Assembly: GCA_020048985.1 (NCBI GenBank)
Contig: JAIFLR010000067.1
Span: 2,875-66,874, forward strand
Source of the DNA: Halobacteriovorax sp.
Lineage (GTDB): Bacteria > Bdellovibrionota > Bacteriovoracia > Bacteriovoracales > Bacteriovoracaceae
Reading direction: 5' to 3'
Length of the DNA stretch: 64,000 nt
This document shows, piece after piece, positions 37,442 to 48,356 of the stretch. Under the pieces are notes generated by a model. The model saw only the letters and a list, made by a program, of their open reading frames with translations. It was not told the origin of the DNA and searched no databases. The position numbers were made by a program, and so were the translations under genes. The first letter of the stretch is position 1, and the number at the start of each line of letters is the position of its first letter.

Positions 37442-39516
37442 GTATTTGGAGAACAATAAGAATTAAGGAATTGCACAGTGCCATCTTCAAACTGAATTTT
37501 GATGTTGATTTTAGCGTCAGGTGATAGTTCAGCAGTGCCTTGCCCCTCACCAATAATAATAATCTTGCGAGTTTTATCGCTAGCCGAGTCATAGAATTTC
37601 CCGTCAGTGTCAAGAACCTGGGTTGTCGTCATCAATGATTGGGCAACTGATTCAGAAGCCACTTCGAATTTTTCTATTTTCTTGTTCAGGTTTACCTGAA
37701 TGAGACAGCGGCTTCCCAGTTTTTCGCCTTCTACTTTTGAGAGTATAAATCTCATAAAATTTTCAGACGGAACAGTGACACTGTTATTATCTCTGAGCCC
37801 GACAAATACCGGCTCTGACTGATGATTAAGTTCAAGGTAGCGGCGCCCACCGAGATGAGAAGATCCAAATGGCATTTTGTACGTATGATTATTGATTTTT
37901 TTAGCCGTAGAGTTCGTAGCAAATACTTTTACTTGCTCTCCTGAAACTATCAGTGGCGAGCTTTCTTTTGACAGTAGTTCTTCTTCATAAACTCTTACTT
38001 TCTCGTTAACTACATCTTCATAAAAGTTAGCATCAAAAGTTATTTCATTTTCATGAATATGAATAATTTTAGATACAATCTCGCCATTGTTGCGGTGGTA
38101 AGAGACCATCGCATTGCCGGCCTGAACACCTACAAATAACTGGTACCTGAAATCTTCATTTTCGGTACGTTTGAAATCCCCGTTTAGCTTGATGACTTCA
38201 CCAAACCGCACATCCAACTTTGCCACATCAGTTTCGTCATCTAGCTCAACCAACAAGGCCCCAACCATGCCTTTTCTTTCATGGGGTGACATAAGGTTAT
38301 TGAAAACCTCTTCTTCTATAAGTGGAATTGAAACGCTGGCACTTTCATCTTCACTATTTCTTTCTTCAAGTATTAGCTCTGTTGTTGTCGGTATGTACCC
38401 TCTCTTTAATAGGGTCACAGCGCGAGTCATTTTAGGTTGGGCCATTTCTACTTCAAGTTTTACTTCACCTGAACCGTAGTCTTCTGACATCTCCGAAAGA
38501 TCGTCCTGATATCTCACTTCAAAACCTTCAATATTTTGACCTTTCTTCAAATCCACACTAATGGCATGGATAGAAAGACTGGCCTGATATGAGCTTGGTC
38601 CCATAAAACCGTGCTCTCGCTCAGTTTCTGGAGCGGGTGTTGGCTCAGGTTTTCTTAGTGCTTCTTGAGTCTGAATACCTTGCGGTTTCTGAGTAGTCAC
38701 TTTTGAAACCGTGGGAGCAACCTTAGTAATAGGTCCTTGAGGAGCTGGTGAGTAGTCAAAAGCCACGGTGCCGGAATTCACAACTTCTGTCTTCTTAGCA
38801 ACCATAGCTTCCGCTGAGGCCGGCTTATTCACTTGTTCTGGATAGTCAAAAAACTCTGGTTCGGCTTGCGCTGCCTCAGCAACTGCCGGCTCCTCGGTTT
38901 TCACATCCATCATATCTGCTACATCCTGAGTTTCAACTTCAGGACTAACAGCTGCTTCATTTTCATTTTTAACTTCTACTGTTTTAACTTCTTCTATTTT
39001 TTTGTCCTCAGGAGCGATTTCAAAAAACTCTGGCTCACTTTCTTCAACAGCCGCCATTGAAGTTGAAACCTCGTCTACTACTGCTTCTTTTTCGGCCACT
39101 ATTGTTTCAACAAAAGTGAAGTCCTTATACAGAGACACCAAGTTTGTGGATAGCTCAGTATTCATTTCAATTTTTTCTAATTTAATTGTTTCCTGGAACG
39201 GAAGCTCATTCTTGGCAAGAATCTTAATTTCAGGAAGTACAGCTAGGGTCTTGGCAACTACCGCTTTAACCAGCTTAGGTTTGTGCGCCACTTTCTTCTC
39301 AACTGGAATTTTGATTTCAGCGAAATGCATTTCTGGAGCGGCAATTGCCACTGCTTCAGTAGCTCTCATAGGAGCATCAGAAAGAAGGCTTAAATATGTG
39401 GTGGAAAAGCTCACTGAAACGGATTCTGGCAGGCAAAATCGCACGGCAACACTACCTACGATGAGGTAACAAACTAGCGTGAAATAAGCAAACATCCGTG
39501 TAAGCGTAAGCGACAT
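37420..39516 (-). CDS. membrane-anchored protein with acidic E/A/V/P-rich linker and large C-terminal domain, unknown function
   Basis: 698-aa ORF with N-terminal TM (FAYFTLVCYLIVGSVAV) and two EPEFF repeats in an acidic low-complexity region. No family recognised. Confidence 0.7.
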   Translation of the reverse strand: MSLTLTRMFAYFTLVCYLIVGSVAVRFCLPESVSVSFSTTYLSLLSDAPMRATEAVAIAAPEMHFAEIKIPVEKKVAHKPKLVKAVVAKTLAVLPEIKILAKNELPFQETIKLEKIEMNTELSTNLVSLYKDFTFVETIVAEKEAVVDEVSTSMAAVEESEPEFFEIAPEDKKIEEVKTVEVKNENEAAVSPEVETQDVADMMDVKTEEPAVAEAAQAEPEFFDYPEQVNKPASAEAMVAKKTEVVNSGTVAFDYSPAPQGPITKVAPTVSKVTTQKPQGIQTQEALRKPEPTPAPETEREHGFMGPSSYQASLSIHAISVDLKKGQNIEGFEVRYQDDLSEMSEDYGSGEVKLEVEMAQPKMTRAVTLLKRGYIPTTTELILEERNSEDESASVSIPLIEEEVFNNLMSPHERKGMVGALLVELDDETDVAKLDVRFGEVIKLNGDFKRTENEDFRYQLFVGVQAGNAMVSYHRNNGEIVSKIIHIHENEITFDANFYEDVVNEKVRVYEEELLSKESSPLIVSGEQVKVFATNSTAKKINNHTYKMPFGSSHLGGRRYLELNHQSEPVFVGLRDNNSVTVPSENFMRFILSKVEGEKLGSRCLIQVNLNKKIEKFEVASESVAQSLMTTTQVLDTDGKFYDSASDKTRKIIIIGEGQGTAELSPDAKINIKIQFEDGTVQFLNSYCSPNTYLVEQL

Positions 39517-39645
39517 AATTAGGTTTATTCTACGCTAAAGATGTTTTATCTCGCACTTTGATTACATGTTGCGTGCATTTTCTGCTTAATCATTTTAATA
39601 ATTTAGGAGGTTTTTGTGGATACTCATGAGTAGTCAGGACATTTT

Positions 39646-39661
39646 TGGTTCTATAGGACCA
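39646..39661. repeat. 16-bp palindrome family, site 1: TGGTTCTATAGGACCA (non-coding)
   Basis: Read directly. It abuts the U-run of the atpC terminator and lies about 130 bp upstream of the 698-aa gene start. Confidence 0.85.
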
Positions 39662-39687
39662 AAAAAAAGGCCCGCTTTTGGCGGGCC
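39661..39687 (-). terminator. rho-independent terminator of the atp operon
   Basis: GGCCCGC(39669-75)/GCGGGCC(39681-87) hairpin. The A8 run 39661-68 is a U-run on the minus transcript. Confidence 0.8.
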
Positions 39688-39693
39688 CTCAGA

Positions 39694-40107
39694 TTATTTC
39701 AAATTTGCCAGTCTAAGGCGAAGCTCAGCTCGTTCGAGCTTTCTGCGGAACTTGATGACGTCCACATCACTAAGTGAATCTTTGCCAGATAAACGATCTG
39801 AAGCCTTAGTCTTGGCTGACTTAGCTCTCTCCATATCGATATCTTCAGCTTTTTCAGAAGTGAAAGAAAGAATGGTTACAGTATCTTTTAAAACTCGGCA
39901 CAAACCAGCAGTCACTGAAAAGTGACGAAGGCCCATGGGAGTTTTAACCGTCATAAGACCTGTGCTCAACTCCGTTAAGATGTGAGTGTGGTCAGGGAGG
40001 ATGTTAATCTCTCCCCTAACAGTTGGTACAACAATGTCATTACACTCAAGATCTTTAATTACAACACCTTTAGGTGTGAATAAGTTGAGTTTAAAGGCTG
40101 ATGCCAT
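39694..40107 (-). CDS. atpC: F1 ATP synthase epsilon subunit
   Basis: 137 aa, position after atpD, typical N-terminal beta-sandwich pattern (LNLFTPKGVV...). Confidence 0.93.
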   Translation of the reverse strand: MASAFKLNLFTPKGVVIKDLECNDIVVPTVRGEINILPDHTHILTELSTGLMTVKTPMGLRHFSVTAGLCRVLKDTVTILSFTSEKAEDIDMERAKSAKTKASDRLSGKDSLSDVDVIKFRRKLERAELRLRLANLK

Positions 40108-40109
40108 AA

Positions 40110-41525
<1,416 letters not shown>

Positions 41526-41536
41526 TTAAAGGCTCC

Positions 41537-42406
41537 TTAACTGTTCAAAGACTCAGCACCAGATACAACTTCAATCAATTCAGTTGTAATACGGGCCTGT
41601 CTCAATTTATTCATTTTAAGTGATAACTTTTTAATAACTTCTTTACTGTTTTTTGAAGCATTTTCCATCGCATTCATTCGGCTTCCGTGTTCCGCTGCAA
41701 TAGCATCGAGAATACAGGTATAAACCGTAGTAAGATAAACTTCTGGTACTAAAGTATCCAAAATTTCTTCTGCACTAGGGTCATACTTAAAGTCGTATGG
41801 ATAAGTTGTTTTAATTTCTTCCTTAACTTTTTCTGAAACCTGCATAGGAAGTAATTGTCTGATCGTTGATTCAAACGCAATCGCAGAGATGAAAGAGTTA
41901 TACGCAACGTACACTTTTCCAACTTCACCATTCATAAAAAGGCTTCCAATTTCTTCTGCAATCTTTCTGACTTCTTCGTATGTAGGGTCAGCTTTTGCAA
42001 AAGTAAATGTTTTGCCAGAATTAACTTCTTTTGAAATCAGATCTCTAACTTTTTTACCAATCCATAAATACTTAAGTTCTTCATCAACATGTTCAGTAGA
42101 AAATTTCCTGACAGTCTTTGCCAAGGTAGAATTGTATCCACCGCAAAGACCTTTATCAGATGAAATCACCAGTACTACAGCTTTATTGTTATTCTTGGGT
42201 AAGAAATACTCATTCGTGTAGTCCTGAGCAAGAGCAGAAACCGTGCGAACAGTTCCCTCTAGTTCTGTTGAATATGGACGAAGACCCAAGATACGGATTT
42301 GAGCTTTATTCAACTTTGCAGCTGAAACAAGCTTCATCGCCCTTGTGATCTTAAAAGTACCTTTGGTACTTTTGATCTTTTTCTTGAGGTCTTTAATATT
42401 TGCCAT
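41537..42406 (-). CDS. atpG: F1 ATP synthase gamma subunit
   Basis: 289 aa, MANIKDLKKKIKSTK...ITRAMKLVSAAKL start and ITTELIEVVSGAE end. Confidence 0.95.
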   Translation of the reverse strand: MANIKDLKKKIKSTKGTFKITRAMKLVSAAKLNKAQIRILGLRPYSTELEGTVRTVSALAQDYTNEYFLPKNNNKAVVLVISSDKGLCGGYNSTLAKTVRKFSTEHVDEELKYLWIGKKVRDLISKEVNSGKTFTFAKADPTYEEVRKIAEEIGSLFMNGEVGKVYVAYNSFISAIAFESTIRQLLPMQVSEKVKEEIKTTYPYDFKYDPSAEEILDTLVPEVYLTTVYTCILDAIAAEHGSRMNAMENASKNSKEVIKKLSLKMNKLRQARITTELIEVVSGAESLNS

Positions 42407-42426
42407 AGTCTTTTAATCCTTAAAAA

Positions 42427-43941
42427 TTAAACCTTATAGCCGCTAACAAAAGCTTTAATCGCTTCAATTAACTTAGACTCACTTTCAGCAGAAATTTGAT
42501 TCTCAGCTTTCATAGTCTTCATAAGGTCAGCATTTCTTGAGTGTAATGAAGCCAATAGATCGGCTTCAATATTACGGATTTTGTTAACCGGAATTGAATC
42601 GAAGTAACCCTTAGTAGCTGCAAAGATACTAACTGACTGATCAATAACATCCATTGGTGAGTATTGAGCTTGTTTTAAAAGTTCAACTAGACGAGCACCA
42701 CGGTTAAGCTGACGTTGAGTCGCTTCATCAAGGTCAGAACCAAACTGTGCAAAAGCTGCAAGTTCACGGTACTGAGCTAGATCTAGACGAAGAGTACCAG
42801 CAACTTTTTTCATTGCTTTAACTTGGGCTGCACCACCAACTCGAGATACCGAAAGACCTACGTTAACCGCAGGACGGATACCAGAGTTGAATAGATCTGA
42901 TTCAAGGTAAATCTGACCATCAGTAATAGAAATAACGTTTGTAGGAATATAAGCCGCAACGTCACCCTCTTGAGTTTCGATGATTGGAAGGGCAGTTAAT
43001 GAACCCGCACCCAATGAATCGTTAACTTTACAAGCACGCTCTAATAGACGTGAGTGAATGTAGAATACGTCTCCAGGGAATGCTTCACGTCCTGGTGGAC
43101 GGCGAAGAAGGAGAGAGAGCTGACGGTAAGCTTGAGATTGTTTTGTTAAATCATCGTAAACGATAAGAGCATGCTTACCTTGGTCACGGTAGTACTCACC
43201 CATTGTACAACCAGTGTACGGAGCAAGGTACTGAAGTGGAGCCGAGTGAGAAGCAGTTGCTGAAACGATGATTGTGTACTCAAGAGCACCGGCTTCCATA
43301 AGTTTCTGGTAAACCTGACGTACTGTTGATTGTTTCTGACCAATAGCTACGTAAACACACACAACATCTTTACCTTTTTGGTTGATGATGGTGTCGATGG
43401 CCACAGCTGTTTTACCAGTCTTACGGTCACCAATGATAAGCTCACGCTGACCACGGCCAATTGGAATCATGGCATCGATTGCTTTAATACCAGTCTGCAT
43501 TGGCTCGTGAACTGATTTACGAGCAATAATTCCTGGAGCTTTAATTTCAACGTTACGGAATTCTTTAGTGTTGATTTCTCCGGCACCATCAATAGGCTCG
43601 CCGATTGCGTTAACTACGCGACCAAGAAGAGCGTTACCAACTGGAACAGAAACGATTTTTTCAGTACGTTTAACTGTTGAACCTTCTTTAATGGCTTCAT
43701 CTGATCCCAAAACCACGATTCCAACGTTGTTGGTTTCAAGGTTAAGTACCATACCTTTAACGCCACCTTCGAACTCAACAAGCTCTCCTGCGAGAACGTT
43801 TTTAAGTCCAAAAACACGTGCCACACCATCACCGATAGTGAGAACTGTTCCGATTTCATTCATCTGAAGACGAGATTCAAAATTTGCAATTCTCTCTTTG
43901 ATGATTCCTGTAATTTCCTCAGGTCTAATTGATGTACTCAT
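42427..43941 (-). CDS. atpA: F1 ATP synthase alpha subunit
   Basis: GDRKTGKT Walker A. 504 aa. Confidence 0.97.
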   Translation of the reverse strand: MSTSIRPEEITGIIKERIANFESRLQMNEIGTVLTIGDGVARVFGLKNVLAGELVEFEGGVKGMVLNLETNNVGIVVLGSDEAIKEGSTVKRTEKIVSVPVGNALLGRVVNAIGEPIDGAGEINTKEFRNVEIKAPGIIARKSVHEPMQTGIKAIDAMIPIGRGQRELIIGDRKTGKTAVAIDTIINQKGKDVVCVYVAIGQKQSTVRQVYQKLMEAGALEYTIIVSATASHSAPLQYLAPYTGCTMGEYYRDQGKHALIVYDDLTKQSQAYRQLSLLLRRPPGREAFPGDVFYIHSRLLERACKVNDSLGAGSLTALPIIETQEGDVAAYIPTNVISITDGQIYLESDLFNSGIRPAVNVGLSVSRVGGAAQVKAMKKVAGTLRLDLAQYRELAAFAQFGSDLDEATQRQLNRGARLVELLKQAQYSPMDVIDQSVSIFAATKGYFDSIPVNKIRNIEADLLASLHSRNADLMKTMKAENQISAESESKLIEAIKAFVSGYKV

Positions 43942-43968
43942 CTAAAGTCCCTTCCCTTTTTGGGTAAT

Positions 43969-44508
43969 TTATTTACTTAGAATTGATTGTTTAAATTGTT
44001 CAAGCTGATTATCTAGTGAAGCATCTAACTGTAGATCTTCAACTGTCACTTTATAACCGGCACTAATGTTATTGTTCTGTACGTAATTCAAAGTTGGCTC
44101 GCGTCCAATTTTTGCTTTAAGAAATGACACAATTTTTGCTTTAAGAGCTTCATCAACATGCTCTGTATTGCCTTCAATTGTTCCTTTGATGAAGCCTCTT
44201 CTCTCATCATCAATGACTACGATTTCTTTGATAATAAGGGGGAGAATCCCGATACGCTTTTCATCAATAAGGTATTTAATCCCTTCAGTAGAGAGCTGAG
44301 AGAGGTTTAGTTTTTTTGCGACTTCAAGAAAAATGCCTTTCTTTTCTTCTAGTGTGAACACATCAAGAAAAAGTACATTCTCAAGGTCATTGGACTTATT
44401 AATCACTTCAGTTAGCTTGATCATTTCATCAGCTATCTGGATTTTTTTATCGTCACCAAGTTCTAGAAAAGATTTTGCGTAAATTCTCGCAACAGACTGC
44501 TCTTTCAT
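43969..44508 (-). CDS. atpH: F1 ATP synthase delta (OSCP) subunit
   Basis: 179 aa, position between b and alpha, VARIYAKSFLEL start typical of delta. Confidence 0.88.
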   Translation of the reverse strand: MKEQSVARIYAKSFLELGDDKKIQIADEMIKLTEVINKSNDLENVLFLDVFTLEEKKGIFLEVAKKLNLSQLSTEGIKYLIDEKRIGILPLIIKEIVVIDDERRGFIKGTIEGNTEHVDEALKAKIVSFLKAKIGREPTLNYVQNNNISAGYKVTVEDLQLDASLDNQLEQFKQSILSK

Positions 44509-45053
44509 TATTTTAATCCTTCCAACATCTTCGAAGAAACTTTGTTTTGGTAACTTTCGTTACCTTTGATTGTTGACTTCGTTTTTTTAATAACCTGCTC
44601 TAAAAGCTCAGCATTTAGTGCATCAGTCATTTGCTTTTTATCTGCAGCTACTTTGGAATTTGCATCCACTTTCAGTTTTGCCATTTTTTCTTCAGTTTCT
44701 TTGGCCAGCTTCTTCTCATAAGCCATTACTTCAGCCTCAGTTTCCAAATTCAGATTTTTAATTTCTGAATCTAAATTGGCCATTTTGCTCTTTTGGGTTC
44801 CGAGCATTTGTTCCGCTTCTTTAGACTTATTATTTGCGCGCTCAAGAGTATTTGAAACTGTTTCAGAGAAAGAAACAAAGTGGCTCTTAAGTTTATCTTT
44901 GGTAGCGTAAATTAATACACCGAAAAGAACAGCAACGTTGAATGCTGGTGCGATGAGATCTGATAGAGATGCGTGGTGCCCTCCTTCTGAAGAACTCCAT
45001 GCCTTAGTAGCAATTCCGAGAGCAATAAAAGCGTAAGCGGTCCAAAAACGCAT
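44508..45053 (-). CDS. atpF: Fo ATP synthase b subunit
   Basis: N-terminal hydrophobic segment followed by a long charged helix. Operon position. Confidence 0.8.
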   Translation of the reverse strand: MRFWTAYAFIALGIATKAWSSSEGGHHASLSDLIAPAFNVAVLFGVLIYATKDKLKSHFVSFSETVSNTLERANNKSKEAEQMLGTQKSKMANLDSEIKNLNLETEAEVMAYEKKLAKETEEKMAKLKVDANSKVAADKKQMTDALNAELLEQVIKKTKSTIKGNESYQNKVSSKMLEGLK

Positions 45054-45061
45054 ATTTATCC

Positions 45062-45493
45062 TTATTGAATAATCTTTTGAACAAGTGACTGAGCAAGGGC
45101 ATCTGACTCAGCAAGATATTTGTCTTTATTACTAGCAACTTCTTTACCGAAATCATTTCGTGATTGATCTACGAAAGTATTAACTTCTTTTTCAGACTGC
45201 TTGTATTGTGCAGTATATTTCTGATTCAGCTCTTGTTTTTTATCAGTTGAGTTTTTTAGGGCTGCTCTGTTCGCATTATCCATCTTTGACTTGTATTCGT
45301 TCTGCATAGAGGTAACTTTTTCAAGTGTTTCATCTGCAGAGTTTTCAAGTTTTACTGTTTTTTCTTCTCTTACTTCTAAAACGTTTTGAAGTTTTCCAAG
45401 GAATAGAAAATTAGCAATGATGAACACAATTAGAATGATGGCGAATTGATAAGGTAAAGAATCGTCGACACCCAGCTGAGTGAAAATTTCCAT
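45062..45493 (-). CDS. Fo ATP synthase b' (second b-type) subunit
   Basis: 143 aa with a single N-terminal TM and a K/E-rich helix, directly upstream of atpF. Confidence 0.7.
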   Translation of the reverse strand: MEIFTQLGVDDSLPYQFAIILIVFIIANFLFLGKLQNVLEVREEKTVKLENSADETLEKVTSMQNEYKSKMDNANRAALKNSTDKKQELNQKYTAQYKQSEKEVNTFVDQSRNDFGKEVASNKDKYLAESDALAQSLVQKIIQ

Positions 45494-45531
45494 GATCAGG
45501 CCTTAAGATTGAATTTATTTTAAGCAGTAAT

Positions 45532-45560
45532 TTTTTAAGCTCAGGGGGGTATACAGTCAA
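45532..45560 (-). promoter_or_regulatory. putative sigma70-type promoter of the atp b'-b-delta-alpha-gamma-beta-epsilon operon
   Basis: On the minus strand, TTGACT-N17-TAAAAA about 38 nt upstream of the ATG, with AAGG RBS. Confidence 0.35.
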
Positions 45561-45573
45561 GGAAATTGGGGAC

Positions 45574-45909
45574 TTATTTTTTATCTTTCATCTTTGTAAT
45601 GCCGTGGAAAATGACCCCTTCTTCAACAATCAAACTTGGGGATGTAACGGTTCCCTCAAATCTTGCGGGGCGTCGTATTTCGACTCGAGACGATGCTTTG
45701 ATAGTTCCCTTCACAGAACCAGAAATGATCACAATATTGGCGTTGATATCTGCGTTAATGACGGCACCCTCAGAGATGACCAGGGTATCATTAGAAAAAA
45801 TACTACCGTTCACGTATCCAGCAATACGAACAGTTCCGCTAAATGAAAGGTTACCTTCAAATTTGCAGCCTTCTTCAATAATGGCGCAAATATCGTTCTT
45901 TTTTGCCAA
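45574..45909 (-). CDS. bactofilin (DUF583 polymer-forming cytoskeletal protein)
   Basis: 111 aa of beta-helix repeats (FEGNLSFSGTVRIAGYVNGSI...VISEGAVINADI...ISGSVKGTIKA...VEIRRPARFEGTV). Confidence 0.85.
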   Translation of the reverse strand: MAKKNDICAIIEEGCKFEGNLSFSGTVRIAGYVNGSIFSNDTLVISEGAVINADINANIVIISGSVKGTIKASSRVEIRRPARFEGTVTSPSLIVEEGVIFHGITKMKDKK

Positions 45910-45925
45910 GTCTACTCCATCAGTA

Positions 45926-46825
45926 CTATTTCATCAGATAACTGAATATATCATTGAATTCGGCTTCGTTGTTAAATTTAATAACCAGTTCACCAGCGCC
46001 GTTCTTTTTGCCCTTCACAGCAAAATGGTAGCCCGTCTTCTGTTCAAGTTTGTTGCGAAGTTGTGTGTACTGGTCAGCTATAAACTTATTAGCAGTCGCC
46101 GGCTTAATCTTTTTCTTTGAATTCTTGGCAAGTTCTTCAAGTTCTCTCACTGAAAGACCTTTCGCAATCACTTCATTGGCCAGGCGCTTAGTGAGTTCAT
46201 CATCATTTAAGCTCACTAACACTTTGGCGTGACCGAAAGAAAGAAGCTCTTTCTGGAGGGAAACAATGACGTCCTTAGGAAGTTTTAGAACACGAAGAAA
46301 GTTAGCGATAGTAGAGCGCTCTTTACCAATTTTCTTGGCCACTTCTTCCTGAGTTAATTCAAATTCATTCATTAGCTGAAAGTAGGCCAATGCCTCTTCA
46401 ACGCAGTTAAGGTCTGCCCGCTGAACGTTCTCGATGATAGACATCACCAATACTTCTTTTTTAGTCGTTCGCTTAACAATGACTGGAACTTTTGTTAGAC
46501 CAGCGAGTTTTGAAGCGCGGTAGCGTCTCTCACCGGCAATAATCTCAAAGACGCCATCTTTTTCATGAACAAGTAGTGGTTGGATAACACCATTTTCTTT
46601 GATTGATTCAGACAGCTCAAGGAGGTCTTTCTCTTTGAAGATCTTTCTTGGCTGGCCTTTATTAGCGACTATTTTATCGACATCAACCAACATTGGCTGA
46701 GTTTCAATATTCATTTTCTTTGGTTCTATAGGGGCAGTAACTGTTTCACGATCAGAGTATCCACCAGGGTTATTCCCCAATAGAGCCGCCATACCTTTGC
46801 CAAGTTGGATTGGTTTCTTTTGCAT
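45926..46825 (-). CDS. parB: chromosome partitioning protein ParB
   Basis: GVIQPLLV, IIAGERRYRAS (GERR box), and HTH LTQEEVAKKIGKERSTIANFLR. Confidence 0.93.
   Translation of the reverse strand: MQKKPIQLGKGMAALLGNNPGGYSDRETVTAPIEPKKMNIETQPMLVDVDKIVANKGQPRKIFKEKDLLELSESIKENGVIQPLLVHEKDGVFEIIAGERRYRASKLAGLTKVPVIVKRTTKKEVLVMSIIENVQRADLNCVEEALAYFQLMNEFELTQEEVAKKIGKERSTIANFLRVLKLPKDVIVSLQKELLSFGHAKVLVSLNDDELTKRLANEVIAKGLSVRELEELAKNSKKKIKPATANKFIADQYTQLRNKLEQKTGYHFAVKGKKNGAGELVIKFNNEAEFNDIFSYLMK
46721..46736. repeat. 16-bp palindrome family, site 2: TGGTTCTATAGGGGCA (inside parB 5' region, codons TAPIEPK)
   Basis: Read directly. Confidence 0.8.
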
Positions 46826-46836
46826 AACAATTACTC

Positions 46837-47682
46837 CTAAGGGTTTACTTGATAATCTTCAAATTTTGGAATTTGGTTAGTAATAGGTAACTTTGCCTGC
46901 ATCGTTTCAGGCTTTTTCTCTGACTTGAGAATAATTTCTCTCGCCAGTGATAGATACGCTTCACTTCCCTTTGAAGTAATATCATAAAGAATTATTGGCT
47001 TGCCGAAGCTGGTGCACTCAGAAAGTTTCACATTCCTTGGAATAATTGATTTGAAAATATCGTCTTTGAAATGGGCCATAAGATCGTTGGCAACCAACTT
47101 ACAAAGATTATTTCTTGAATCATACATCGTGAGCAAAATGCCTTCCAAACTCAGTTTTGGATTTAGCGAAGCTCTAATAAGTCTTACTGTATTTAAAAGC
47201 TGAGATAGACCTTCCATTGCCAGGTATTCAGTCTGCATTGGAACCAGGTAAGTGTGAGCCGCAGTGAACGCATTCACAGTCAGTAGATTCAAAGAAGGAG
47301 CGCAATCTATGATGATATAGTCATATTTGTGCTGGATCGCCTCTAAAGCCACTTTAAGTTTAGACTCACGAGCAAACATATGGACAAGCTCGAGCTCTGC
47401 ACCAACCAAGTCATTATTAGATGGGCACACATCAAGCGACGGAAGCTCAGTCTTATATATGCAGCTTTCAAAATTCTCTTCATTGATGAGGGCATGATAA
47501 ATATTGGCCTTAGTGAAGGACTCTTTATCCATACCTAAACAAGAACTGGCATTGCCCTGAGGATCAAGATCGATTAGAAGCGTTCTTTTCTCTGCCGCGG
47601 CGAGGCATGCGCTTAAGTTGACCGAAGTTGTCGTCTTTCCAACGCCACCTTTTTGGTTTGTAATCGCAATGATTTTAGCCAT
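46837..47682 (-). CDS. parA: chromosome partitioning ATPase ParA/Soj
   Basis: KIIAITNQKGGVGKTTT deviant Walker A. Confidence 0.93.
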   Translation of the reverse strand: MAKIIAITNQKGGVGKTTTSVNLSACLAAAEKRTLLIDLDPQGNASSCLGMDKESFTKANIYHALINEENFESCIYKTELPSLDVCPSNNDLVGAELELVHMFARESKLKVALEAIQHKYDYIIIDCAPSLNLLTVNAFTAAHTYLVPMQTEYLAMEGLSQLLNTVRLIRASLNPKLSLEGILLTMYDSRNNLCKLVANDLMAHFKDDIFKSIIPRNVKLSECTSFGKPIILYDITSKGSEAYLSLAREIILKSEKKPETMQAKLPITNQIPKFEDYQVNP

Positions 47683-47719
47683 TTATCCCCTCACTATCGA
47701 GTATTTTGATGTGTTAGTT

Positions 47720-48355
47720 TTAGAGAAACTCCGAGAGTTTGACAAGCGATTTAGCTGTTCCACGTGGAACATTCTGCGATAAAAATGAAACCAAGAAGCG
47801 TTGTTGAGTTCCGGGCACTTTAATTTCCTGATTTTCTAGCAACTTCCAAGTTTTTTCTAGTTTTTTCACCTGAGCAGCTTCAAGCTCAAGAAAGCTTGGT
47901 CCTTTATAAAAAAAGACATGCATTTTTTGAGTCGCATTTATCATCGGTAGAAAATCACCAATCGTGCCCACCGCTTTAAATGTTATCGTAGCCGGTTCAT
48001 CAAAAAGGAAATCTTCGAGCCTTGAATGAACAAGCGTCACATTATCTAAACCGAGCTCTTTAGCAATAAGAGTAACGGCTTCTGCTTTTTTTCTTCTTGA
48101 TTCAACACCTACGAACTTTACGCCGGGAAGAAGTTTCGCCAGTGGCAAGATCGGAAAACCTCCCCCAAAACCTACGTCAACTACTACTCCTGTTTTCTTA
48201 ACTTGGTCTTGAAACAGTTTAGATTCCTGATAGGGAAGAATCGAATCCAGGATCTGTTTATGATAAAACTCATCCTGATCCAGAATATTAGTGAGATTAA
48301 GTCCGGCCAGTTCAGTTTTGAGTATATTTAAATAACGAATCGAGAAATCTAACAT
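47720..48355 (-). CDS. rsmG: 16S rRNA m7G527 methyltransferase RsmG (GidB)
   Basis: VVDVGFGGGFPILPLA SAM motif. ATG 48355 is preferred over the TTG at 48376, which would overlap mnmG by 20 nt. Confidence 0.9.
   Translation of the reverse strand: MLDFSIRYLNILKTELAGLNLTNILDQDEFYHKQILDSILPYQESKLFQDQVKKTGVVVDVGFGGGFPILPLAKLLPGVKFVGVESRRKKAEAVTLIAKELGLDNVTLVHSRLEDFLFDEPATITFKAVGTIGDFLPMINATQKMHVFFYKGPSFLELEAAQVKKLEKTWKLLENQEIKVPGTQQRFLVSFLSQNVPRGTAKSLVKLSEFL
47756..47771. other. parS: parS centromere site, perfect palindrome TGTTCCACGTGGAACA
   Basis: Read directly. It lies in the rsmG 3' end and is translated as VPRGT. It matches the conserved parS consensus tGTTnCACGTGnAACa. Confidence 0.9.
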
Positions 48356-48356
48356 A

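Noticed and set aside
38171-39469. Plus-strand ORFs 38171..38479, 38833..39060 and 39002..39469
   Set aside because: They are antisense shadows of the acidic low-complexity part of the 698-aa gene. They are Ser/Thr/Leu-rich, as expected from reverse-complemented GAA/GCT-rich coding DNA.
39615-39623. DnaA-box-like TGTGGATAC upstream of the 698-aa gene
   Set aside because: It is a single 8/9 match. About a dozen such matches are expected by chance in this window, and there is no clustering here.
45566-46120. 184-aa plus-strand ORF
   Set aside because: It is antisense to the well-supported bactofilin and parB genes and has no recognisable motifs.
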